The notes under the pieces are model-generated. The model made no database searches. It had not been told where the DNA came from and saw nothing but the letters and a program-made list of their open reading frames with translations. Positions 23,211 to 35,075 of a stretch of 64,000 nt of DNA are shown piece after piece. Position 1 is the stretch's first letter. The number at the start of each line of letters is the position of its first letter. A program made the position numbers and the translations under genes. The stretch comes from Dudresnaya verticillata (lineage: Eukaryota), in the NCBI GenBank assembly GCA_977862235.1, contig OZ374557.1:2728001-2792000 (forward strand). The letters run 5' to 3'.

Positions 23211-26200
23211 TCCCCGCGTTCCGCGACCTTGCGCGCCGTGCCCGCAGAGCGGTGATTGTACACCACTCTCACGCCGCGCGCGCGTGTCGACCGGCTACGG
23301 ACGACAACTTCAGTGGCATGGCCTTGGTCAAACTTGGCCCCATCAGACTGTACATATTATGTGGGACGGGCCTCACACGCGCGCGCGCGTGGCGCCACTT
23401 GACGATGAACGGATCAACTGCGTACGACATGGGGCGAGTCAGCCGGCCTGAAAACGGCTGCTCACGGCATTTCGGTTGCTCAAACAGCCCCAGAAAACGG
23501 GTCTCCCACAAGGGCCTACAACGCAGGTGCAGACTAGATTTTTTTCTTTTGGGCAGGCCTGGATGTAATTCGGAACGCATTTTTGCAGAAGACTTGGTCG
23601 CGACCAAGTGAAACGCGCCTGAACACAAATGGTCTGTAATTGTCGTCCTGACAGGACAATAGGGCTGCGGCGGACGGCGTCCCAGCCAAACCACCAATGC
23701 GTGGGGCCCTAATGACGTGTCGACATTAAGGTTCCTCGGCCAAGTGCCCGGGCACTGAACCGCGGCTCACAGGCGTATGGTACAAATGCCGGTGCAGTTG
23801 TGCAATTCTGAATACAACAGTCCAAAACCGCTTCAACATGACGAGCAGCGAGCCGGTCCCCGAGTACGCATACTCTACACGCGACAGGCTGCAGCCTTTC
23901 TCTCTCATAATCGACACAGCAGCTGTCGCGAAGTTTTCCGAATGCCTCTCTACGTGCTGCAACACGAATCATGATTCACGGTGGAAAGTATACTTGTTGC
24001 TGCAATGACAAGCATGAATAGAAATTATCACATCCCTGCCCCGCAAAGTTTCGCGAAGCTTATCGGAGCGTCTCTGGTTTTTCGCACTCTCAATCGATGG
24101 AAGGTAGCTCGGGTAGCTACGCGTTTCTACAAACGCAGCTGTGTGCAACCATGAATAGAAAATATGACACCCTATTGTCCTGCCCTGCAGGACCACACTA
24201 CGGTTGTACCGCATACATATGTGCAAATGTGCGCAACCACAGTGTGGCATACATAGATCAAGCTACACCGTATTGATATCAATGCATGCTGTTGTAACCA
24301 ATGCTGGAGATAGCTCTTCGAAACACAGTCTTTGAGCTATGGATCGATAATTTCCGAACACGCAGTGTGCGACCAGTCTGGTCGTGGGAAGGGACCTTTC
24401 CGGAAAGAAACTTGGCTTTCCTGCGCAACTTAATGCCGTCCATGGAAGTGCATGTGAGCAAGCGGTACGCGTGTGGGCTAGGTCAACTGCGAAGGGCGGC
24501 TCGAGTTTCAACTCTGAATAGCTATTCTGTGAGACGTGTCTGGCGCGCGCGTATGATCGCCTCTTCGAATCCCGGGATTGTTGGGCCCAACTGAACATGA
24601 ACTCAGTCGCGGCTGTGTAGGTATCCGCGGATGTCCCATCGGGGCCCCGAACGATCGGTATCAGAGCATACAATACTTCGGTTCCATGGAAACACCCAAA
24701 TGATATCACGCGTGATATCAGGCGTGGTTTATGCGTGCATGCCTGCTCCAAGTTTACGCAATTGCAAGTGCGACCTGTTCAAGGCCTTGGCCGGCCACGG
24801 TCTGCAATCCATGTGGCGAAAGTTTGTACCGCGGTACACTAGTGTACCGAGCTCGGAATAGAAATATAAGTATACATTAGAGCGATGACTCCGGAGTCAT
24901 GGCGGCCGCCATTCCATGACATCATGCGCAATTCAGGCGTATCGATAGGTTCTTTGCACGCACGGAATTACAATTGGAAGTGCACCGTCGGGGACCCATG
25001 GTGATCACCGTTTGCGAGTCCACATAACGTCGTGTTCAATACGTTCAGTCGGAATAACTGTTCATTTCCAAGAGTACCTCTCGTGGGAGTGCGTTCACGC
25101 GACTGCCTGCTGGCCTGCGAGGAGAAGCTGCTAGGAGCTTTTGGCTTCCACATAGTTAGACTGGTCCCAAAACCTCGGTAATAGCTATTCATTCAGCCTT
25201 CTGCGCCTTCTGCTGGAGATAACGACTTCTGTACGCAATTGACATTGTTCCAAATAGGGAGAGGTAGGGTGATGCGGCAGCAACAGAAGTCGGACGAAAC
25301 ATACCTGCATGAGTTTGCGAATAGCTATTCGGGTAGAGATGGGCCCATACCGGTATGGTGAAGGATGAATAGCGGAGGGAGTACGGGAAAGAGGCTCTTC
25401 GACTGCTTGGAGGGGTATTTGCCACACGCAGAAACGACAGACTGTACTAATTATCCTATTTGTAGCCGCGCGAAGCCCATTTGTCCGAATTGAGCTCACC
25501 AGTTGCGTGCTCCAGTTTGTAAGACAATATATGCAGAATTCTATTACTCTGAAATTTGCTTATTCTGTCTTGAGATATGCAGAAGGAGAAAGTCGTCCTA
25601 TTCGGATTAGCTCTTGGCTTTCGGTCGTAAGAAAATCAGCCATTCTATAAGGAAACGTTTCTGGTTTCATTTTCTCTATGCCAAGTCACAGTCTGGTGGG
25701 CACCTTCGTACGGTAACAAAACGTAACGTCAAAAAGGGCGTACATTGCTGTGAACGTACCATTGGTCTGCCACCCAAAACATTACAGAAACTTTCAGTCT
25801 TTGGGGAATAGTATCCCGCTGCTCAGCCCGTGGGTTACTGAACCGTACTTTCAACGCGACCTTGCGGCTCTACAAGAGCAAAGAGCCACAATATTTCTTC
25901 GCAGATACCCTATTTGAATGCTGTACATCTCGAATATCGCTTTACTTTTGCTTTTGGAGGACATTTGTTAACAGCTTTTGCTCTCAGAGGAAAGTGCCAG
26001 AACAAGTCCATGACAACGTTCTATGTACATTTGCCAAAACCAAGAAGATGTCATGAACAGGAAGTCTAAACTCTTTATTCAAAACATGTCTAATGGGTTC
26101 CCGGAATACTTTTCTGCAAGTCTGTGCTGTTGAAATGCTAAGCTGAGCCTACAGAAACGATAGAAGTGCGTCTGCTTGGATTGTGTGAGCCCCTTATGTT

Positions 26201-27109
26201 CAGCAATAGACTATTCCTTAGATTTGCCGTCTTTCTCAATAGTTCTTGTTCCTAAGCCAACTATAATGCTTGCTAAGTCTCTTCCCATGTTTATTTCTAT
26301 ACCTTAAAGCCTATTCACATCACAAAACGCGGCCGTCGTAATGGGGTTGATAGCATCCTGGGTGGGGAGGGGAGTTATGATAAGCTTTTCTGCTCACTGC
26401 TTCCGGGATTTTTTGCCGGTAATTGCACTACCACACTCACTCTGTACTGTTGAATTCAACGCGCCCTCGCACTACTGCGCGCCCCTCCCGCAAACCCCAA
26501 CACAACCAAGCGAGAACAAGAAGAGAAACTCTGAGAGTTGAGACTCAACACACCGCGCGGTTTCTGCGCAACCAACACAAAGCGTTCCATGAGTGGACTC
26601 ACACCGCCGGCCCCAGCAATCGATTAGTCCCACGTGCACGCGCGCTTCTTCTGTATACGTTATCTGAATAGCTATTCGTGCAAAGTTGACCTCCCAAGTC
26701 GTACGTAGACGTCTGAAACTCCCATACCTTGAAAGCGCAAACACTCAATCAAGGGATGAATTCTTCAGCAATCAATATCCCAGATACCAGAACCACCACT
26801 GACGAGCAAGAGGCAACAGTTCTTCACGGGTGTCTCACAGAATCTGAACACGCTGGCAACACCCGTGCCCTGGGAAAAAGATATTCGATGACTGTTGAGA
26901 GAGTTAGACATTCTGCATTGGACATTCACGGGAATATCTCAAACTTGCGCGTGCTTGCTCCAAACCGTATCCAGTTTTCCATCTCGGAGCGTGGAATGCG
27001 AGTGGCGCGGGACCAGGGGCATTTGATTTCTTGAGGCACAGTTGCGCGCGCGCGCCAGAATACCGTTAGTACAACGGGGAGGGGATGCTTTCGTGCTATT
27101 CGAGCGTCC

Positions 27110-30100
27110 ATGAGACCACGTGCTGAGACACAAAGATGGAATAGAAAGGAATTTGTGAGCGAGGAAGAATGTTTGAAGAAAGCTGCGCATGTATGCTCAC
27201 AGTTGCTGTCAAGGATCCACCAACAGGACCAGTCGCACGTGTTGAAGGCTATTCACTCGAAGAGTAGAGGGCGTTTCTGCGGAATAATGACATCGCTAAC
27301 GCTAGAAGGCCTTGAGTATTACGGCCATCTTGGCGTTCTGTGGCAGAGCATGGAAGGAAAGTCAGCAAAGGTTTTGTCAATCACAATTACCTTGGATGGC
27401 ACTGAAATACGGGCAGTGTGTTCTTGTGACCCAATTGCACACAATGAATGTGAGCACGCAAAGGCATGTTTGGAGAACGGCCCGTTGTCAGGGTTTGTGC
27501 TGAATCAAATGGCTGAGCCGCGTCTTCACTCGCACAGCTTTGGAAAAGTTTTAACTTCTGACACTGACTTCCCGGTAGTGCAATTGATACCTACTTCATC
27601 GAATACAAGGTATGGATGGACAGTCTGGGTGGTGTTCGATGCTGGAAAAAGACTTTTCGTGCCTGTTTTGAAGAAACCAAAGAAGAGGTTTCAATGTCAG
27701 ATGTGCCGACGCTCGAGTTACAAAAGAATGGCGTGCTCACATGAGCTTGCATGCTCTATTCACCTTCGGGACGTTCTAAGTTCTAGTCCCCGGGGACTAC
27801 AGTCCTCAGGATATGATGAACCCACAAGGCAGCGCGGCAACATAACGATGGACACATGTGACCTGGAGAAGTATTGTCCTATTCAGATTGAACGGCCACT
27901 TCTTCCTTGCAAACGAGAAACTGAAGAGATGAGAAAGCTCGCAAGGAGAATAGACAATATTCGAGCCGGGAAAGTCATGGTGTTGGTTGACTCACACCTT
28001 GTATGCGGCACCTGCAGAGAATTGCAATTCCAAGGGGTCCCTGTCGACCGCACCGCTACACTGTTCACGCTGTCTCAAGGAGCGGTAGAAGTCGTGGTTC
28101 GAGACCATAACTGTACTAGGTGTCGTAACTTCTTGGCGTACAAAGGCCTTGTTGATGCGGTTTTTCCTGTTCGAAAGCACTCATTGTACACGACTGAATT
28201 GTTGTACACAATTGCAGATGGAGTTTTCAACTTTGCAATTCCGATAAGACCGTCCTTTTCGTTCCTCAGCACAATTGCTCGTTCAGCAAGCAATGTAAAA
28301 CGTTTGAACAAAAACTCGAATAGCAAATCAATTCCTATGAGAAGGAGAATAAGCGAGGCTTTCGGGCTTTTCATGATCACTCTGAGCATAAACGATGCGA
28401 AGCAGTTGTTTTCATGCGAGAAGTGTGAAATTCCCCTGACTGCTGATGATAGGAGGCTATTAGGAATATCACCGGAAAATTCTGCAGGCTTGACGAGATA
28501 CAAGGGAGTCGTTATTGATGGCACCTCAGCCGGAATAATACAGAAGCTTCCAGACTATGACAGGGACCTCTTCGTTATGGAAGGGACTGCAACAAAGAGG
28601 CAAAGGCTTGTGACGTCCAGGGAAAGACGAACAGCAATAACTCTATTCTGTCGGTGCGCTCGTCAAGCTATTCGAAACGCCCGTGTTACTGCCAATAGGG
28701 AGAGTGAAACTGTGTCATTTCTGCTCCCGGGTTTGGTGTCTGGGAAATACCTCGACATCATGCGCCTATACTTGGATTCATCCACCTGCTTTTGTGAAGA
28801 CAGGAATATTCATCGCGACGGCCATAGTCAAACGTGCCGCAACAAGCGGAGAAAGTATTCTTCTCAGACAGATACGTCTCAGTTTCAAAGGGTCCTTCAG
28901 GCAATCTTTTCCATTCGTTTGGAATTCAGACCTACGGATTCTGTTCAGGTCAAAGCCAAAGATGATTGCGAGGTCGAGGATCTTGAACTTTCTTCGGCGG
29001 ATGAAAGTGACGGTAGTGGTATTGATACCCCGACCTCTCAATTCTACGCACGTGTTTCCGCGCATGCACAGATGCATCATGTGTCCCAGTTTCTTGATTC
29101 AGTTTTAGATCTAATCGAGTTTTGCGCTTGCGAGCACTTGGCTCTGGTGTACATAATGCCAACTGCATCAGCCCCACTCACTTTCGACAATTCTCCTGGA
29201 AGCAAAGCTGAATTTCTTTCCGCAGGTATACCGAACAGTTCAATAGAGGGAATTGCAAGTGCATCTGTCAGTCTGCATGAGAAGTGTTGTGAAGAGCTCC
29301 AAAGGTTCTCAAGATGTCAGCACTCCGGTCCCGGTCTCGTTTGTGATGCTTGTATTGCAAGGCTGACTGTCCACGCCCGGAAGCTATGTGAAGTTAATCC
29401 GGTTCTATACAAGTTTTGTACGGAACTTAGATCTCATGGACGAAATGTGGCAAAGCTGGTCGCGGGACTCTGCTCTGAGCACCTTTCTGCAGCGAAGAAA
29501 TTCTTTTTGGACTTCGATGCCAACCGCCCTGAGACGAAAAAGGCATACCGTGAGCTGTACGGACGAGCAATTCCAGAAGAAGAAGAACATGAGCTGGATC
29601 CTAAAGATACTGGGATATGCTTTCCTGGGCGTCCGAGGTATCGAAAGCTTGTAACATTCGACAAGAAGGAGCGTCACCACTGCTCTAAACAGTACCCGAA
29701 CTCGCAACGATTCAGTCCTGGAATATTAACTGTTCAATGCGTGTGCAGTCACCCCAAGTGCATAGGGTTCATTGTCATGACGCAGCCGGAGTCAACAGCT
29801 CTTGCATTATCATCCGTGCTATCACACTTTAGGGTTCCCCCACGCACTGTTTACTACGACAACGAATGCAACTTGATGACGTCTGCGTTAATGCGAGTTC
29901 CCTGGTTTCTTCATCTCTCACGCTTGATGGTTGATCGATTCCACTACAGCGGTCACACATGTGGTCCGTTCTTCGACGCAAACTATTACAAGTCGAATGA
30001 CAACCAGCGGATCACAGCAGCAGAGGCAATCAACTCGCGGTTGCAAAAGTCCGTCCCGTTCCTGCGATTTGTTAGTGGGACACATCTGGTCCCATTCTTA

Positions 30101-30355
30101 ACTTCTCGTCTAGCAATGCTCAATATAGCGTCCGCTGCACGGGAAAAGCTTGGAGTCGGCGACCTCGAAGACGTGAACTTGACGCAGTTCTATCAGAATA
30201 ACTACAGTTGCAGATGCGCCGCTTGCGGTCTACCGCAGAAGGAAGAGGAAGTTGAGCTTCTGGAAGACATATCAGGAATACAACCTGCTGATTCCGGGCC
30301 GGAGAATTCAGATTCCTCTACTGATTCAGCGACGGGCTCGGATGTGGAATCATAG
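27110..30355 (+). CDS. KDZ/Zisupton-type (HMGXB3-like) transposase, 1081 aa, with SWIM and CxC clusters
   Basis: Motifs: SWIM CSCDPIAHNECEH, CQMC...CSH, CGTC...CTRC, FSCEKC...VIDGT, TGICFPGR, CSKQY...SPGILTVQCVCSH, VYYDNEC, VDRFHYSGHTC, AEAINS. The same frame continues upstream to ATG 26756 across a single TGA at 27032. Confidence 0.85.
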   Translation: MRPRAETQRWNRKEFVSEEECLKKAAHVCSQLLSRIHQQDQSHVLKAIHSKSRGRFCGIMTSLTLEGLEYYGHLGVLWQSMEGKSAKVLSITITLDGTEIRAVCSCDPIAHNECEHAKACLENGPLSGFVLNQMAEPRLHSHSFGKVLTSDTDFPVVQLIPTSSNTRYGWTVWVVFDAGKRLFVPVLKKPKKRFQCQMCRRSSYKRMACSHELACSIHLRDVLSSSPRGLQSSGYDEPTRQRGNITMDTCDLEKYCPIQIERPLLPCKRETEEMRKLARRIDNIRAGKVMVLVDSHLVCGTCRELQFQGVPVDRTATLFTLSQGAVEVVVRDHNCTRCRNFLAYKGLVDAVFPVRKHSLYTTELLYTIADGVFNFAIPIRPSFSFLSTIARSASNVKRLNKNSNSKSIPMRRRISEAFGLFMITLSINDAKQLFSCEKCEIPLTADDRRLLGISPENSAGLTRYKGVVIDGTSAGIIQKLPDYDRDLFVMEGTATKRQRLVTSRERRTAITLFCRCARQAIRNARVTANRESETVSFLLPGLVSGKYLDIMRLYLDSSTCFCEDRNIHRDGHSQTCRNKRRKYSSQTDTSQFQRVLQAIFSIRLEFRPTDSVQVKAKDDCEVEDLELSSADESDGSGIDTPTSQFYARVSAHAQMHHVSQFLDSVLDLIEFCACEHLALVYIMPTASAPLTFDNSPGSKAEFLSAGIPNSSIEGIASASVSLHEKCCEELQRFSRCQHSGPGLVCDACIARLTVHARKLCEVNPVLYKFCTELRSHGRNVAKLVAGLCSEHLSAAKKFFLDFDANRPETKKAYRELYGRAIPEEEEHELDPKDTGICFPGRPRYRKLVTFDKKERHHCSKQYPNSQRFSPGILTVQCVCSHPKCIGFIVMTQPESTALALSSVLSHFRVPPRTVYYDNECNLMTSALMRVPWFLHLSRLMVDRFHYSGHTCGPFFDANYYKSNDNQRITAAEAINSRLQKSVPFLRFVSGTHLVPFLTSRLAMLNIASAAREKLGVGDLEDVNLTQFYQNNYSCRCAACGLPQKEEEVELLEDISGIQPADSGPENSDSSTDSATGSDVES

Positions 30356-31112
30356 AGTTGTGACAATATGTATCGAACTATTCAATTTGTGCATTGCTCG
30401 TCTCTGCCATGGAGAGCTCCCGGAGGTAAAGGTATTCCTTGTATATATTCACTCGCACGCTCGCTTGGAGACTCTCGACGAGTCACATGCCATGATACGT
30501 ATGCATCGGTTTCGGGTCCGTTGTGGTTCGTGTGTTGCGGTTCCAGGAAATGTTCTGACCTTTAAGCTTAAAGAGCTGGCTCTTCATGTGCGGCAGGAGC
30601 TGGCAGGTCGACCTGCTGCATGAAGCATGGTCTCACGTCTACAGTGGGACTCCTGAATCATGCATGGTGAACAGCCCATTGTCAAGACCCGCGGGCCTGG
30701 ATGAATCCAGATCAAGATCCAGATTGCTGCTGTGATGGTGCCACGATACAACATCATGATCTCATAATTTGATCTTTTCTCAAGAAATGTGACCTATATT
30801 TGGCCAGGAAATTTCCCGCGCGCGCGCAATTACGTTTGTGCACAAATGACATGTCGAAGCTCTGTGGAGAAGTTCATCCACTCCCCACCATAGTCCGTCC
30901 GTGCCTGAGCATCAGGTGGTCCACACTATTGCTCCACCCGTGCATTGCGGACATACAGAGCGCTTGACCACTCTCTGCGCTGCATCGCTTGGGTCACCCT
31001 TCAACCAGCACTCAGGTTCGCCTTTTGTTCATTCAAGAGAAATTGAGAGCTCTCACGCCATTGCGTATACGTCAGAAGATCGAATAGCTATTCATAACAG
31101 TCTTTCCGCGTC

Positions 31113-33071
31113 ATGGGGGATAATGAAGAGGACCTTAACAGTGACTCTATAAGGCGTGCCTTAGATCTTACCGCTGTTCGAACTGTTCCAGGGCTTGGTG
31201 GAGAAATCGTTGAAGTCGAGGAGAAGCTGAATGTAGCTCAGAGAAGATGGAAATCTGGGAGGCTACACCTCCTCATGGAGACGGAAGGTGCCGAAGCCAT
31301 TGCATCTGGAACAACATCTTCTCAACGAGAGATATTCGTCCTATTCTCTCCGAGTATCGATTTCGCGAAGGAAAACTGCAGGAATATTACTAGAACACTG
31401 GCCAGTTCCATAGCAATGTTTTCGTTTTCAAACAACCCGAGACGGGCGGGAGCATCCTCTTCACAAGTCCCACAGCAACATATAGAGCCGAGTGCCTTGC
31501 CAACAGAAGAGGATGGAGTGAAACTGATGAGAGCAGCATTGCAACGAGCCCAAGGCCCGAACTGGTTTCCAGGTACCAAGGCTTCTGGAGCAGGAATAGG
31601 TATTGTCACCGTGGGCATAGAAATATTCCAAAAGTTCATGGAGCTTCCAGTGGAGCATCTCGACAACCTGTACGACAACTTCGTCTTTGAAGGCTATCAG
31701 GAGCTGAAGTCAAGGATGCTGAACTCAGACCCAAGAGCTAGGAGGATGCGCAAGCGAGAGGCTATGACGCCGCAATGGTTTCGCAAAAAAATGAAAGCTG
31801 GTGAGCTCGTGATTGATATTCTGGAACCACTTCTTCCTTCCAAACGAACGCTCAGAGACAAGAGGAAAAGTGCAAAGCAGTCAATGATATTATCGGCATT
31901 CTACAAAAAGGAAAGTGAGTTTGCTAAGGACGTGTTGGATGGTATGCATTCCGTGGCACACACGTTGCCTAGTTACGACAAGATACAATTCGTCACAAAA
32001 AATTCAACTCGTGACTCTGCCAGGCATACGGAAGAAGTTAGGGCTGAAGAGCTGCGAGATACAGAACAGTTACAACCGCCTGCAGAATCCAGGAGTGCCG
32101 AAGGGAATGAGACAATGGCTCCACCACTTGATGCTGTAGCATTGGCGACGTCTGCAGCGTCCCAGCTACAGTCAATCTCGGCAAACGCGCACGCCGCTGG
32201 CCATGGGGTGGATAATCAATCATCGCCTTCCCCACGTTTTCCACAACAAAGTGTATCCAATGCTTCCCGCGCTATGGAAAGCACTAGAACAGCTTCTCGT
32301 ACAAGAAATGAACAAGACAAAAATACAGAGCAGTGCTCGCGTCCTTTATCCTCACAGAAAACTATTCGTACTTCAACTCAACCTTCTGCACAAAGTCCTT
32401 CTGGAATAGAAGAAGGCTCTGTAGCCCGGGCAATGGGTGCCAAACACATCGCCCCACACAAAATGAATAGAGACACACGTGCGAATGAAATCAATTCGGA
32501 CATACTGCAGGACGAAGAAGGGACGGGTCAAGAGCATCACGCAATCGACAAAAGTCTACCAGACTCAAGCTTGGGGAAGAGACCAGGTTACCACTCAGAA
32601 CAACCATCCAGGGACGAACTGGACCGCGGAAAAGACGGAGAGGACGGGGTGAGCTCAGAGAGGTTCGAAAGTGATATTACAATCGCTCAGATCAGGCATA
32701 CACGTCAAAAACCGCGGAAGCATCGGCGCGTAGGCTTTCGAGAACGTTGTTTGAATATTCGGACAGCAATTGCAAACCCAATCCATGATCAAAGAACCAA
32801 ATCGTCATCTGTAACGCGCAAAACGTGTGCACTGCCACCGGCATGCAATCCCTCCGAACAGTCTTCACCGCGTGCAATGATAGCTATTAAAAGTCTTGTC
32901 TCATCACCTCGACCAAAAACGAGCGAGCCTCCAGGTTCTGCTCCCGCGAGCCACAGAATAACCTTTGAAGCTGATATGGCAGATCATCAAAGTATTCAGA
33001 AAAGTGCAATTGTGACCAAAGCAAGGGAATCGGCAGGTTATGGTGACCTCATGACTATTATTAATAATTAA
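31113..33071 (+). CDS. Hypothetical protein (652 aa; helical-looking N-terminal half, disordered C-terminal half), probably transposon cargo
   Basis: Long ATG-initiated ORF downstream of the transposase. The frame continues past TAA 33069 into ORF 33156-33386. Confidence 0.6.
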   Translation: MGDNEEDLNSDSIRRALDLTAVRTVPGLGGEIVEVEEKLNVAQRRWKSGRLHLLMETEGAEAIASGTTSSQREIFVLFSPSIDFAKENCRNITRTLASSIAMFSFSNNPRRAGASSSQVPQQHIEPSALPTEEDGVKLMRAALQRAQGPNWFPGTKASGAGIGIVTVGIEIFQKFMELPVEHLDNLYDNFVFEGYQELKSRMLNSDPRARRMRKREAMTPQWFRKKMKAGELVIDILEPLLPSKRTLRDKRKSAKQSMILSAFYKKESEFAKDVLDGMHSVAHTLPSYDKIQFVTKNSTRDSARHTEEVRAEELRDTEQLQPPAESRSAEGNETMAPPLDAVALATSAASQLQSISANAHAAGHGVDNQSSPSPRFPQQSVSNASRAMESTRTASRTRNEQDKNTEQCSRPLSSQKTIRTSTQPSAQSPSGIEEGSVARAMGAKHIAPHKMNRDTRANEINSDILQDEEGTGQEHHAIDKSLPDSSLGKRPGYHSEQPSRDELDRGKDGEDGVSSERFESDITIAQIRHTRQKPRKHRRVGFRERCLNIRTAIANPIHDQRTKSSSVTRKTCALPPACNPSEQSSPRAMIAIKSLVSSPRPKTSEPPGSAPASHRITFEADMADHQSIQKSAIVTKARESAGYGDLMTIINN

Positions 33072-35075
33072 ACCATACAAACGGCTGGAAATAACGCAGA
33101 AGCTTCTGCCCTAGGGACGGAACTTGCACCACCACTTGCACCACTGTCGAAGCTAATGGATTTCAGCTCTAGTGATGATCAGCAAGAGATTTGTGATGAG
33201 GAAAGCAATTCAGATGAAGACACGTTAAGAATGACAACATTTCCAGATAGGAATGACCCTTTGTGCACAGCCAAGATGCTTGACGTCAAGATATACTATT
33301 CCACCGGAATTCTGTGCGAGTTCCGCTTCAGAAAAGAAAGACAAGTTTCTGATCTTCTGAAAGACATTTGCAACATTGCGGACTAGTAGTACAATATTCA
33401 TGTCAGGTCCTCAATGACCAAAAGCCTAAGCTGGGAGCCATCTGCAAGCTTTGCCAAATGAAGATTGATTTCAGAGATTTCCATTACCTGAATGCTCGTT
33501 ACAAAACGCTTAGTAGAGACTTTCTGCCGTCGATGAGTTAAAAAATTGCCTTTGTTCTGTTTCCCAACTTGTCAGTAGAGTTCAGCCAAAACGTTTCTTG
33601 CAGCAGTGTAGTGAATTCCAGAGGTGTTGTAAACCGCGAAGATGTAGTAAAAATGTTTCTCGTTAGAGCAGGGCGTCGCACAGTTCCTCGCAGGCGTTAG
33701 GTAGGTGCAAGGGTGCTATTCGTGAAGTGGGTCGGGTGACTTGAAGGTTAGTGTTAATCAGGTTTTGCTCAGAAGGGCAGCGCGCGCTCGGGTGCCCGCA
33801 ATTTGGAGCGACGAAGCATCAGAGATTCAGGGTAGGACGACCGGGGGATGTGGCGGATGAGATAGAGGGTGCTGCCGGGTACGGGGTGCGCCTGCGGGCA
33901 GAGGCAAGGGAGCGCGGGGGGGGGCAGGGTGCGCGGGGTGGCGGGGGACGAGGGGGAGGCAGGGTGACCCCGACTGCTGAAAGGGTGAGGAGGGTGGCCT
34001 GCTTCGCCCGACTGATATGGCGCTTACAATGAAAGCCTGCCAGGTGGCGCTCCAGCTCTCTCCCAGCAATGACACCACTAGTATCCCCAGTGGCTGCGGC
34101 GAGCGAGGCGCCCGGTATCCCAGCAGCCGCCGCGGGCGGCTGGCCAGTGAGACACCTGTCCAGGGCCGATGACGCGGCCCCCGGGGCGGTGCGGCCCAGA
34201 TGGGAAAAGGACCACTGCGGGGCGCCGGGGCGGACCGGGTGGGCAAGGGGCAGGACGGCCCGCCCCCCAAAAGGCCCACGAGCCTACGAGAAGGCTTACA
34301 GACATAACTATAAGTGCGCCGCTCGCTAGCAGCGGGTGCAGTGACCAGCGCCGCCCGAGCGGCGCCAAGGGGCGCCTCTTGTCCATGGCAAAAACCTTTT
34401 GTCCAATGTCTTCATACAAAGCTGTTTTTACGCGACGATTCACAGTAGGGAACTTTCCCGCCGGGCGAAATGCTCGCAAGTGTCCAAGTGCTTCATATGC
34501 CGCTCGCATTCGCATAATCGTACTAGTACTGTACAGTGCCGTCCAAGGTCACTGCTCGTAACGCAGATAGAGAAATTGCCGGGTGCGGGGGGGGGGTTGA
34601 CAGTTCTGTACCGCACTGCACACGGTGTCCGCGCAGGCCGGGCCCTGCTTTGAGGAGGACATTACAGTGGGAGCAAATCTAGCTGAGTACTGTACTGGAA
34701 AAACCACAGCAGTCAGCCATACCCATGGGGAGAGATGGCCCCGAAAATCACTATTTTCAGTCCCTTCCACTGCAATACTGGTGGCACCGCGGTGCTGGCC
34801 GTCGTTACGATATTCGAGGGGAAGACAACTGCAAGACTGGTTGTCTCGGGTTGCCCCTCTGCCGGTTGTCAGCTGCGCAACATTCATTGTGAATTCTCGC
34901 GCCTACAGGCGTACTTCGATCCCGTTTTACCAGCCGAATATGTCGACATGAAAGACGACTCTGTGTATAGGGACTGTCTCAACTCAAGAAATTCGCTTAC
35001 TCGAGAAGTCTTAAAGGTATTGGGTCTTCGCCGTCCAACTCACCTGGTTCCCGCTGCGACAACGTAACCGGTGAC

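Noticed and set aside
23600..26350. Degenerate coding region between the helicase and transposase 2
   Set aside because: Only short ORFs with no motif I could recognise; a translated search is needed.
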